From Macrostomum hystrix (Eukaryota; Animalia; Platyhelminthes): DNA of 64,000 bases. Below are positions 10,351 through 20,644 of the stretch, one piece after another. Location: contig CATNEN010000003.1 of NCBI GenBank assembly GCA_950097015.1, positions 1,364,001 to 1,428,000 on the forward strand, read 5' to 3'. The position numbers and the translations under genes are program-made. The notes beneath the pieces are model-generated. The model was given only the letters and a program-made list of their open reading frames with translations, was not told the origin of the DNA and did no database searches. The first letter of the stretch is position 1; each line of letters starts with the position of its first letter.

Positions 10351-13235
10351 CACAGGCTTACGATGCCCACTGCTTTGCTGGAGGTCGAGGGTCGATTTTA
10401 TCGCTTGACCTTGGCATACCTTGGTTCATTGAGACTCGCGTTATTCCTGACACAGACGGAGTGCCTGTGCCTCGGGTGGGACTCGAGTGCAAGTGGAACA
10501 TCACAAATGAAGTTCTGCTTGATCCATTAGTAGTGGTTCTAAGCGGGTTCAACTCCGACCGGTACATTAGTTCAATCAGACGAGTCCGATCCTTGGATTC
10601 AACAGCTAAGGCTCCAGCCTTGATGTACGAGTTGCACATGCCCCCTACGACTTGTAAGTGTTGGGCTTAATTGCTTACATTGTTGAGTAGGTGACATTGC
10701 CCCTAAGAATTTTAGCGGTAGCAAAGCAATTGTCCAAGAACGGTTGAAAGACAAAAAAATGATTCGAGAAGCAAATATGAGAGAGATGAGATACGGAAGA
10801 GATGAGATACGGAAGAGATGAGATACGGGAGAGATGAGATACGGGAGAGATGAGATACGGGAGAGATGAGATACGGGAGAGATGAGATACGGGAGAGATG
10901 AGATACGGGAGAGATGAGATACGGGAGAGATGAGATACGGGGAGAGATGAGATACGGGAGAGATGAAACACGGGAGAGATGAGACACGGGAGAGATGAGA
11001 CACGGGAGAGATGAGACACGGGAGAGATGAGACACGGGAGAGATGAGATACGGGAGAGATGAGATACGTGAGAGATGAGATACGGGAGAGATGAGACACG
11101 GGAGAGATGAGATACGGGAGAGATGAGATACGGGAGAGATGAGACACGGGAGAGATGAGATACGGGAAAGATGAGATTAGGGAGAGATGAGACAGGGGTG
11201 AGAACGAAAAAAAGACATCTACATCTACATGTACTTGTCTAAGCTATTTTAAGAAGCCTTTTGATACGATAGTTTACATTAGAAAATGCATTAGCCACTC
11301 CCATTCTATACCTTAAATCTTTACTGCAGCCAGGTGTTCAGCTATCGCAACGAAGCAAGCTATTCCAGTTCAAATCGACACACTACGGGTCTTGCAACTG
11401 CCGCCAGGGTGAGGCTTAGAAATAATTTTTTTATTGATCAGTTATTAAAAAGTAAGTAATATTTACTTATTAGTACTTTCCTGACAGGAGTTATCTCACC
11501 ATGACGCACCGACTGCAGCGAAAACATTATAATACACCTGGTCTGGGAATACAGCTAATTGTGCCAGGCTTCTGCAGCAAGGATGTGACGTATTACCGTG
11601 GGCATTGCTACACAACTACACTGGCTCGCAGGTCGCTGGAGCAACAGCTGGCAGCTCAGAGCGCTGACAGCGGTGTCGCCCAGCTCGCTCGCTTTGAGAA
11701 CACCCGCAAATTGAAAAGCTTTGTTAAAGAAAGTGAGTTCTAAAATCTGGTTCACTGTTTAAAACCAACTTATGCTTTTAGGGGGTCAGTGGCAAAGCGG
11801 TTAATGCTTTTGCCTCTCGTGCCTCTCGCACCAAGGTCCCTGAGTTCGATTCCGCGGCGAGGCTACGTTCAGTTGGGGCGCAGCCGCGAAGAGAAGGCTT
11901 ATAGTGCAATTTACGCCTGATAGGGGCCAACCTCCTAGGCACAGTGGCGGTGAACACTGCCTGACGATGAGAAGGACAGGGCAGATATACACTCGTGCGT
12001 GTGCCTGCGTACGGTATATGTGTGGTGCTCAGGAGTCAGCGAAATGGGCAGAACTGCCTCCTCGTTAGCTGCAGGTCGAAGTCACCAAATGATGTGCTAT
12101 TGCCCGCAGCCCTCCTACAATTCCTATTAATTTTATTATTATTTCTATTATTAATAATTTTACTATTAATACTATTATTTATTTATGCTTTTAGGCCAGA
12201 AAACTAGCGTGGGCTCCGATCTGTTAACCACAAAGTTACCACTCGACCTGGCACAGAGACACCGCATCGGCTTGTTCTACGACAAGAGAACTCGGTCGAT
12301 ATTTCAACTCAGTAATTTGCATGGTGTATGCGATACTGAAAGCTTTGCGGATCCAGCTAAATTGTGAGTACTTTGCTCGAGATTGACTTGAAGTCTCCTG
12401 ATATATGCACTGTCTATTTCATCACCGTCGTGGCTTGGCCAGATCATAAGTAATCATCACTTTCTTGGGGGCTTGTCGTGCAATTCACGCCCTTGATGGC
12501 CGAACTCCAAGGCACAGTAAAAGTGTACACTGCCTGACGATGAGAAAGTCAGCGTGTGAGCGCATGCATTGCCTGCGCACGGTATCTGTGTGCGTGTGTG
12601 CTCAGGAGTCAGCGAAATATACGCAGTATTGCCTCCTCGATAGCTGCGGCTCTACCCTCGTATTGTCACCAAATCTCCTGCAAATTAGATTATATCATAA
12701 AGCCCAGTTCTGTCCTCAAAAAGTTGTGCCCTTAAGCTTGCCTTGGGACTCGCTATGTGATGCAATGTGATGCTATGTACATACAGCCATGTGTGCCTCT
12801 GTGTACTTATGTCAGAGGTCATTCCTTGATTGATTTTGTCAACTGTTCATATGAGAACGTATTTTTTCACAATCGCTTTTTTATTTCAGAAGGTACAGCG
12901 TGAACCCAACTAGTTCCAACATTTTATGCGGCTCGCTGAGAGTTTTTTATATTGACGTGGAAGAGCCGGTAGTGGAGTTTGGTGACTGCAGCGAGCCAAT
13001 GCCGGCACTAATTAGCTTCCCGGATGCAGCTAGGACCAGTTGCGAGAACTGCGACTTGCTCGTGCTCAGTCTATTTAACGCAGACGTAGCGAACACAAAG
13101 GTAGCATTGACAGCGAACGAGATGGACGAGAAGGCACAGCTGATCGAACTTCTGCCAATGCTGATTACTATGGTGCTTCTGAGTGTCGTGCCTATAGTTC
13201 TCTGTATTATTTACCTGCTCATTCGCTGCAATTAA
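10351..13235 (+). CDS. Divergent CUB-like/C-type-lectin-like TM receptor paralog (multi-exon; 5' end unresolved)
   Basis: Exons: ECKWNI (10461-10653), CSKDVTYYRGHCY...AQLARFE (11488-11731), HRIGLFYD (12193-12363), CGSLRV...VEFGDCSEPM plus TM (12890-13235). Confidence 0.72.
10778..11200. repeat. 16-bp minisatellite (GAGATGAGATACGGGA)n, intronic
   Basis: About 26 tandem units; a degenerate reverse-strand relative lies at ~38130-38290. Confidence 0.95.
11781..12125 (+). mobile_element. tRNA-derived SINE, family A (full length)
   Basis: A-box GTGGCAAAGCGG, B-box GAGTTCGATTCC, conserved body ...CTCAGGAGTCAGCGAAATGGGCAGAA..., AT-rich tail; at least six other copies in the window. Confidence 0.85.
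12465..12690 (+). mobile_element. SINE family A (5'-truncated)
   Basis: Homologous to the family A body. Confidence 0.75.
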
Positions 13236-13746
13236 TCAGCCACAGTTTTAGCCAATACTTATCTGTGGAGTAGGTCGGTGGGGAGGGAAGTTAAGCCCCA
13301 CACGATTGTGCCATTGTGACAATATTTTCGGTCCCAAAATTCGACCTCGCTTTCAGTGCCGATCATGGATGAAGGAATTTACCTTCCTTCCTTCCTACCT
13401 TCCTAGGATGTATTCCTTCATTCATTTCGGTGCGTACAATAATGTAGTTATATGTCTCAGTTAATATTCTCATTATTGTTACTGCTCAAAATTATCAAGC
13501 TTTTTCTATACTCCATTATTTGTACTACAGTTTTTACATTCGGAATTTTCTGCAATATACATGTATTGTTCATTTCACTGAGATAATTCATGACATTTAA
13601 AAAAGTGTAATTTACGCATTTTAAAGCAAAAAACTTTGTATAGTTGACTATTTTTGGCTCTTAAAGTTGTCTTTATATTATTATTACTATGCATATGTTT
13701 TGCTAAGTTTTCGACAAGTAACATTGTTTCAATCAAAAGCAAGGCG

Positions 13747-14303
13747 ACTGAGACAGTCAGTCTGAGACAGTCAGTGTGAGACAGTCAGTCTGAGACAGTC
13801 AGTCTGAGACAGTCAGTCTGAGACAGTCAGTCTGAGACAGTCAGTCTGAGACAGTCAGTCTGAGACAGTCAGTCTGAGACAGTCAGTCTGAGACAGTCAG
13901 TGTGAGACAGTCAGTGTGAGACAGTCAGTGTGAGACAGTCAGTGTGAGACAGTCAGTCTGAGACAGTCAGTCTGAGACAGTCAGTCTGAGACAGTCAGTC
14001 TGAGACAGTCAGTGTGAGACAGTCAGTGTGAGACAGTCAGTGTGAGACAGTCAGTGTGAGACAGTCAGTCTGAGACAGTCAGTCTGAGACAGTCAGTCTG
14101 AGACAGTCAGTCTGAGACAGTCAGTCTGAGACAGTCAGTCTGAGACAGTCAGTCTGAGACAGTCAGTCTGAGACAGTCAGTCTGAGACAGTCAGTCTGAG
14201 ACAGTCAGTCTGAGACAGTCAGTCTGAGACAGTCAGTCTGAGACAGTCAGTCTGAGACAGTCAGTCTGAGACAGTCAGTCTGAGACAGTCAGTCTGAGAC
14301 AGT
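13747..14303. repeat. 14-bp minisatellite (GAGACAGTCAGTCT)n
   Basis: About 40 tandem units. Confidence 0.97.
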
Positions 14304-14362
14304 AAATAAAAAACGGAAACTGTGAGCAGCAGATGTGCTGAGTAATTTCCCTGCTGTTTGCA

Positions 14363-14760
14363 GTCAATCCTATTTTCCAACTCCTAGCCTTTTCAAACCT
14401 CAGCCATTTAGTTACGTTTTTCTCAGTGCAAGAAATAGGACCATGGGCTGGTCTGACATCAATTGAACAGGTCTTTGTCACTATTATCGCTCAGCTTTCT
14501 ATTAACACTTAATCTGCAAGGAGCATTACCAGACGCAATCAATACTGGAGAAGGCCAAGTAAACGAACGCGTCCACTTTTTTGCAGGGACGCTCCCACTC
14601 GCCTTGAAGAGTTTTTGCGTGTTGATCAGACAGACGAAACTCCCACTTCTAGACAATGGGGAACAATTGCCTTGGAATTACGAAAGTCACGTGACACTTA
14701 CTGAGGTTAATCTTTCGCTTGCATAATCACTCAGCCAGTTGCTCTGCTTAATCTCTTCAG
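14363..14760 (+). pseudogene. Orphan, frameshifted exon of the Ig-like receptor family
   Basis: Nucleotide similarity to the exon at 32793-32990 (CCTCAGCCATTTAG...GGTCTG.CATCAATT.AACAGGTC); also preceded by the same 14-bp minisatellite. Confidence 0.6.
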
Positions 14761-16248
14761 CCCCTGATTTCCTAAACTCACACAGATTTGGAATTGCTAG
14801 TTACTTAATGCGTAGGCTGCAGTCTAATGTACCGGATGTGCCCGGTGTGTTATGAGTAGGATTCTGGCTATGGACACTCATTCAAGTTCCTAGTACCACT
14901 TTTCTAGGCCCCTATAACGCAAATTCAGGAATCCCCTTGTTTGGCGTGTCTCGATCCATTCTAGCCTAGCCTAGAATGGAATCCTAGAACATCTTTCCGC
15001 TCTGCCGATAGCCATTCCGCAGTTCTGTGGCAAGAGCCTAGACCGTTTCGACCACCGCTACCAAGGCTAGGAGTCAGTTGCGCACCGCACTACTGACGAC
15101 AGTAGGCTGTAGGCCGCAATCCGAACGCTTCCTCACTCCTTAGACCTTTCGCCGGCTTCGAGCATGGCTTGCGGTAGGCACGACAATATGTCCGTGGCCT
15201 ATGGGACGAGTGGGGCTGGCTAGCCTGAGGCCGATGGGACCACTCCAAACCTTCACTGGACCCCCTCCATCCTCTTCCCCCTCTTCTTCCCCTCCCCAGT
15301 GGTAGTCCCGCGGGTAGCTCAGCGGGCAGGTGACCGACTTGTCTTCTCTCGGAGCCTACACAATAATTGGTTTCCGAGGTGGGGTCGTCTGTTCCCTGAC
15401 CAACCATTTCCAATGGTGCCCAGCGGTGGGATTATCTTCTCCCTGAGTTCCAAATTAAATGAGGGCAGGTCAGTGTTTCAATATCCCGCCAAATTAAAGC
15501 CCAACGCAAGCGGAGACCCGGCCGGACGAAGGATAAATCGAGATTCGCACGGAAGACATTTGTTGTCTGACAGATGTCGGAAGTTGACCAACTGGTCGAA
15601 GGCGAGTTCGTACTTCTTTTCGATGGAGCTTGGGCGCACCTCAACGTGCCGAAAATGTCAGATGGTCATGACAATGTCAGTAACTTGTCAGAATCCTGCA
15701 TCATGCCGGGTACATACAGTAAATCTGTTCCGTGAGCCCAAAACCCCTCTGTTAACACGTTTACATGCGTTACTGTCGTCGATTTTGCGTATCACTTTAT
15801 CATTGGCAAAATAGACGCAGTCTTGGCAAAATTGGTCGCTGAAAGTTCAGTGTCTATGGGTTTAACTTCGCAGAAGCGAGAGGGAATTTGAGTGGTTTTC
15901 TTCTAGTCTGGCAAAATTGATTGCCGTTTTGGCAAACTAGGTTGCCAAGCTTGGCCAATATATAAAATCCGATTTCGTCGTTAATGGACGTTTAACCTAC
16001 TACAACTATTTAATGTATCGTTTAACGAGGTTTTTCTTTTTTGTAGAATAACCAACTGTCTATGGTAAACACTTTATTTTACGAGGCTCTAAACCGTTTC
16101 TCAGTCCTCGTTTTGAGGCCTGAGAAACGATTTGAGGACTTAAAGCGCCAGGAAATAGGATGAACACAAAAAAAGAATTCGCGAAACGCGAAAACAAGAA
16201 CAGCAGATGACCGAAAGTTCACGTTATTGAAGGAAAAAAAGTAGATTG

Positions 16249-17676
16249 TCACTCCCATGTGATGGTTACACAGTTCTCCTCTCCGTTCGCCACAATCTTC
16301 ATCTTCTTCGCAGGACGATGGTCTTCAGTTGCAAATAAGGCAGTAATGCTCCCTGTGGCAGTAGCAGCAGATGGGGCCGTAGCATGGGTTGGTAGATTGG
16401 TCAGTGTGGTAGTGGTACCCCCTGCATGGCCTGCGTGCAACGCGTCTGAGATGCGCAGATGGTCAGTACTGTCAAGACGAATATATCGCTCTATAGCACT
16501 GCTTGAATGACCCGTGACCCTAGCAATATCAGCCCGTTCGAAACCAGCCTTTCGTAATTCAGTTGCGCAGGTCTTCCTTAATGATTGATTCGTAAAACGC
16601 ATGCCATTGCCATTGCCAGTACTAGTTAGCTCCTTAACAATGTTGTCAAGAGTGTGACGGCCAAGAGGTACGTTCTGATACCATTTTCCGGCAGCAATGC
16701 TTGTCTCATTGCGATAGTAGCTCAGGAACAAGCTGCTAACATGGCAGTTCTCCGGGCGCTTCTCATTGTACTTCAAGTAAATACAAACAAGACAGCGCTC
16801 GTGTCCAGGTGTATGAAACGCACGCATTTCACGAGGAGGAGTAGGTTTGGCCTTCAAGCCACGATTGTTGGTTTTATTAGCTCTCTGCTCTGTGAAGAGT
16901 AAACATTCTCCAACAGTAGTACTGCTCACAGTGATGTCCTTGTCATGTTGTAACGCATGTAACTCTGTTCCTCCACGTAGAGCAAAGGTCTTGCCGATGT
17001 AATAGATGACGGTAAACATCAGCAGCCGAGGATTAGATGTACCAAGATCTCCGCGCTCCCAGAGTGCCAGCTCAAAATCGTGAGGTATAGGCTCACTTGC
17101 TCGTTGCCCTGGAATATTACCTTCGCGAACGGTTTCCTTCATCGCAGCGTCGAGAGTCGCTCTGGCGTCCGAAAATTGTGGATCTTTCCAGAACGAAAAG
17201 TCCTTCTTTAGAGTAAACGTGACATAGTGCTGCAGCATGGCAAAAATGTCCTTCAGACTTGTCGCATTATACTTGCCACCGTCCTGTTTGCGCACCTCGA
17301 AGAAAAATCGCCTCAGAAGATAGTTCCAATCGCCTCGACTCCATTCTTCGATCTGTTTGGAGACAAGAAGTCCTTTGGCATCGCCATGCAGAATTGCGCT
17401 TTGGCGCTCATTTCGCCACTCGTTGAAAATATTAACGGCCCATTGTTCTTTGCGACGCGTATTGCTCAGAATAGCGGCGGCCAGCTTCGCTTCAATATCA
17501 GCTTCATCTAGCTTAACGAATCGCGTTGAGGATGTAGATGTAGAAGCCGTTTCAGCCCTAATAATAACAGGCCCAATCGAATCTGTTGGTTCTGATGCCC
17601 CAGTTGTTGTTCTATTAGCTGGTTCGAACAACTCATCTAACCAGTCCAACGCTCCAGGTTGACCCAACGGATCCAT
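16249..17676 (-). CDS. Crypton tyrosine recombinase YR1 (DUF3504/ZMYM-like)
   Basis: 475-aa uninterrupted ORF. NT..K..WAVNIFNEW, FFFEVRKQDG..Y...SL, FALRGG.E (Arg), KTNNRG (Lys), NQSLRKT, TGHSS, IERY (Tyr). Confidence 0.9.
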   Translation of the reverse strand: MDPLGQPGALDWLDELFEPANRTTTGASEPTDSIGPVIIRAETASTSTSSTRFVKLDEADIEAKLAAAILSNTRRKEQWAVNIFNEWRNERQSAILHGDAKGLLVSKQIEEWSRGDWNYLLRRFFFEVRKQDGGKYNATSLKDIFAMLQHYVTFTLKKDFSFWKDPQFSDARATLDAAMKETVREGNIPGQRASEPIPHDFELALWERGDLGTSNPRLLMFTVIYYIGKTFALRGGTELHALQHDKDITVSSTTVGECLLFTEQRANKTNNRGLKAKPTPPREMRAFHTPGHERCLVCIYLKYNEKRPENCHVSSLFLSYYRNETSIAAGKWYQNVPLGRHTLDNIVKELTSTGNGNGMRFTNQSLRKTCATELRKAGFERADIARVTGHSSSAIERYIRLDSTDHLRISDALHAGHAGGTTTTLTNLPTHATAPSAATATGSITALFATEDHRPAKKMKIVANGEENCVTITWE

Positions 17677-17789
17677 GTCACTGACGGATTACTGACACTG
17701 AATGAAAAACTATTTCAAAAAGCTTTCTTTCACGAGGCACAAGTCTATACATAAAAGGTATACTTCGTATTATAGTGTTTTAATATATA

Positions 17790-18934
17790 CACTCAGCAAC
17801 ATAGAAAAGTTTCCACCCTCGCGCAAGTTGTACTCGTATATTTAGAGTTTCAAAACCGGTTTTTGTCGCCAGACTTGTGCCATAGACGATTGATGATTTC
17901 GTCAACACGCATTTGGGCCATAGACGCCAGACAAGTCGAAGGAAACATTCGCATGTAGCAGACAGCAGTCAGCTTACACACAGAGCCGGCGGCTCAATAT
18001 GCACAGTACAACTAGGAGGGCGGACCGGCGATTGCTGCGAATGTCGAAGGGAAGCCCCACATTGCCAGCCACCCTGCTACGGCTGATGTGGGCTGAAAGA
18101 AGCTGGCGAGGGGATTTCTGAGCGCCCAAACCATCCGACGACAATAGCGGGAGTCGGGGCTCTGATCCCGTAAGATGCGCAAACGGCCACGCCTGACCCC
18201 AACCCATGTGGCCAGCCGGCAACAATGGGCAATGCAAAGGGTCCAGTGGAGGCAGCAGCAGTGGCGGCGAGTGATTTTCGCGGATGAGAGCCGCTTTCGA
18301 TTGTTCCATGCCGACGGCCGCATTCGAGTGTGGCGCCAGCCACGCCAGGAGATGCTGCCGCAGCACGTGCAAAACTCAGAGAGCTGCAGCTTCTATTCAC
18401 GTGTGGGCAGGCATCACAATGCACGCAAAGACGGAGCTCGTGTTCCTGGGTGCGACTGTGACTGCCGAGTCGTATTTGCCTATTTTTTTGCCAAGCCAAC
18501 CTTCTACAGACGCTGCTGCCCTTCATTGATGCTTCATGTGGTGGCGTGGGGAACAGCGTCCTCCAAGACGACAACGCCCCACCGCATCGCGCAGCCGCTG
18601 TGGTGCATCTGAAGGACTGACTACTTCGGAATCACTGTCTACCGCGAATCACTGTCTACTGCATGGCAACAGCTACCGCAAGATTTTCTGCGACGCCTGG
18701 TTGTGGGTATGCCCGGAGAGTGTGCGCTCTGCTGCACGCACGTGGCTGCTGTACGCGTTACTGACCCTGTTCTGGGCCAGTTGGCACCAGATGCTCGCGT
18801 ACTTTCTTTGCTGTTCGTTTGCTTCGTTCGAATCCGGATTTTATATCTGTCTATGGCTCAAACCACAAATCTCCACCTACCAAAACGTTGACCCATCGTG
18901 CGCTAGGGTGGAAACTTTTCAATGTTGCTGAGTG
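17790..18934 (+). mobile_element. Tc1/mariner element with a frameshifted transposase
   Basis: TIRs CACTCAGCAACAT.GAAAAGTTTCCACCCT at both ends with TA TSDs (17788-89, 18935-36). Transposase fragments RKRPRLT, WRRVIFADESRF, VWAGI, QDDNAPPHR. Confidence 0.92.
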
Positions 18935-19103
18935 TAGGTGATGTTGTATATAGGTTAAATAACATATTACCCTCTAATTTTGTGTTCTATGGTAGAAAGT
19001 CCTCGGACGCTATTCTCAGGCCTCGGCTTCGCCTCGGCCTGATAAATGCATCCTCGGACTTTCTTTTCCATAGAACATAAAATTAGAGGGTAATATAGTA
19101 TAC

Positions 19104-19362
19104 TTAATGGGCGCATTCTGAGCCACGAATCTATCGTCTATGGAAATGCGAAGTCTTGAACCAGTGTGCCATATAATGGTCCCGAAAACGGGGCCCATTA
19201 AACCATATAATGGGCGCCAAACCAAATCGAATTTCATATAAAATAGTGGCTGCTCAATTTGCAGTCTATGGTTAAAAAGTCCTCGGCCACGCTCAATACT
19301 ATTAAACGCAGCCTCAGACTTTCTAACCACAGAATGCCAATTAAGCAGCCACTATCATATAC
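19104..19362. mobile_element. Family I mini-unit 1 (palindromic body plus degenerate hairpin)
   Basis: Body TTAATGGGC...GCCCATTAA; hairpin ATAGTGGCTGC...GCAGCCACTAT 19243-19355; ends CA-TATAC-TTA. Confidence 0.6.
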
Positions 19363-19976
19363 TTAATCCTAAAGCTTGGCCAAAATTTTATCCTAAAGCT
19401 TGGCTAAAATTTTATCCTAAAGCTTGGCCCGGCTCACGAGATTGCGCTACTAAAACCACAAATTCTATATTACCTGTAATATACGAGGCTCGTAGAATCT
19501 GTAATATAGAATCTGTGACTAAAACTGTTTACAGCAACTTTGACCATAGACTATATGTTTCATCGGCCTAGGGCAGAGACTTCTAGAAATAACAACAGTT
19601 GTTGTCAATGACTGGCTTAGTCCAGTTAAATAATAAATACATGGAATTAATCCCCAGCTTGGCACGGCCTATTGGCTACTAATTCTATGTATTTATTATT
19701 TAATCGGCCTAGGCCGTTAAATCATTTAACGGCCTAGGCCGATTAAACATATAGTCTATGGTCACAGTTGCTGTAAGCAGTTTTAGGTTTGCAATCTCGT
19801 GAGCCGGGCCAAGCCTTAGGATTAAATACTATAATACCCCCCTGAAATCGTTGTCTATGGCCTAGGAACGGCTTCGGACTGCGCTTCTGCAGGCCTCGGC
19901 TTCGCCTCGGCCAAGAAACGCGTCCTCAGCCTTTCCTAGGCCAAAGAAACGAAATCAGGGGGGTATTATTCTATAC
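19363..19976. mobile_element. Family I mini-unit 2 (long palindromic body plus hairpin)
   Basis: Body TTAATCCTAA...TTAGGATTAA 19363-19825; hairpin 19831-19969 with core GGCCTCGGCTTCGCCTCGGCC (19892-19912); ends TC-TATAC-TTA. Confidence 0.7.
19457..19517. mobile_element. P-type excision footprint / minimal element
   Basis: 17-bp TIR ends CACA(A/G)ATTCTATATTAC ... GTAATATAGAATCTGTG; 8-bp TSD ACTAAAAC (19449-56, 19518-25); same TIR as 22376-23721. Confidence 0.85.
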
Positions 19977-20251
19977 TTATTCCCCAGTTGGATTGGCCCA
20001 TAGACCAGATAAATGTATTTATTTGGCCGTTGAAATTTATCTGGCCGGGACAGATAAACATTATCTGGTCCGGTGACAATTATCTGGCTTCAACTGTGGA
20101 ATAAATACATTATCACCCACTTGTTTGACTTATCTATGGCCGAAAACGTCTTCGGACATCGTTTCATGGCCTCGGCTTCGCCTCGGCCAATAAACGAGTC
20201 CTCAGCCGTTCCCGGCCAAAATAAATTAAAAAAGTGGGTGATAACTTATAC
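19977..20251. mobile_element. Family I mini-unit 3 (palindromic body plus hairpin)
   Basis: Body TTATTCCCCAGTTG...CAACTGTGGAATAA; hairpin 20110-20244 with core at 20168-20188; ends CT-TATAC-TTA. Confidence 0.7.
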
Positions 20252-20644
20252 TTAATAGCCAATAGGCCGGGCCAAGCTGATTAACTGATTAAATAATCAG
20301 TTAACTTGCATCTTGAAGATACAAATATACGGTGTACTTTTACTTGCTATTGTCAGCGTGTAATCAATGGTTAGGTAACGCACGGCTTTTGAGTGCACCA
20401 ACGAGCAGAGACACGAGTGCGCGAAGCACGAGTGCACGAGTGCTTCGCGCACTCGTGTCTCTGCTCGTTGGTGCACGAGAAAGCCGTGCGTTAACAGCAT
20501 TATCCAATGAGAGGCCGTTTCCGCATCGATCCGTCCTTACTCTTTCGACCATAGACAAGTGCGTTGGCGCACGCCCATGTTTTTGGGCGGTCAGGCTGGC
20601 TTAAGGCGCAAGCCCCAACGCAGTTGAGTAGATAAGATTTCGAC

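Larger units (their letters stand above)
15992..19103 (-). mobile_element. Crypton-type element 1 (family I): IR-bounded body carrying YR1, plus terminal hairpin
   Basis: IR TTAACCTAC-TACAAC (15992) / GTTGTATATAGGTTAA (ends 18958); hairpin 18964-19096; both outer junctions read TAW-N7-TTA. Confidence 0.65.

Noticed and set aside
11781-11860. tRNA genes at A/B-box sequences (also 38085, 48701, 56855)
   Set aside because: No complete cloverleaf seen; most continue into a multi-copy SINE body, so they are treated as SINE heads.
14800-15960. Possible coding or TE remnant (ORFs 15090-15413, 15299-15814; repeated TTGGCAAAA)
   Set aside because: No recognisable protein motif or termini; left unannotated.
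16058-16145. Additional family I hairpin downstream of YR1
   Set aside because: Partial resemblance only (CGTTTCTCAG...CTGAGAAACG); lacks the conserved apex and exact junction spacing, so not counted as an array unit.
18964-20244. CRISPR array (recurring 21-nt palindromic core with unique intervening sequence)
   Set aside because: Eukaryotic context, only three intact cores at irregular spacing (about 870 and 280 bp), intervening DNA is itself palindromic, and there are no cas genes.
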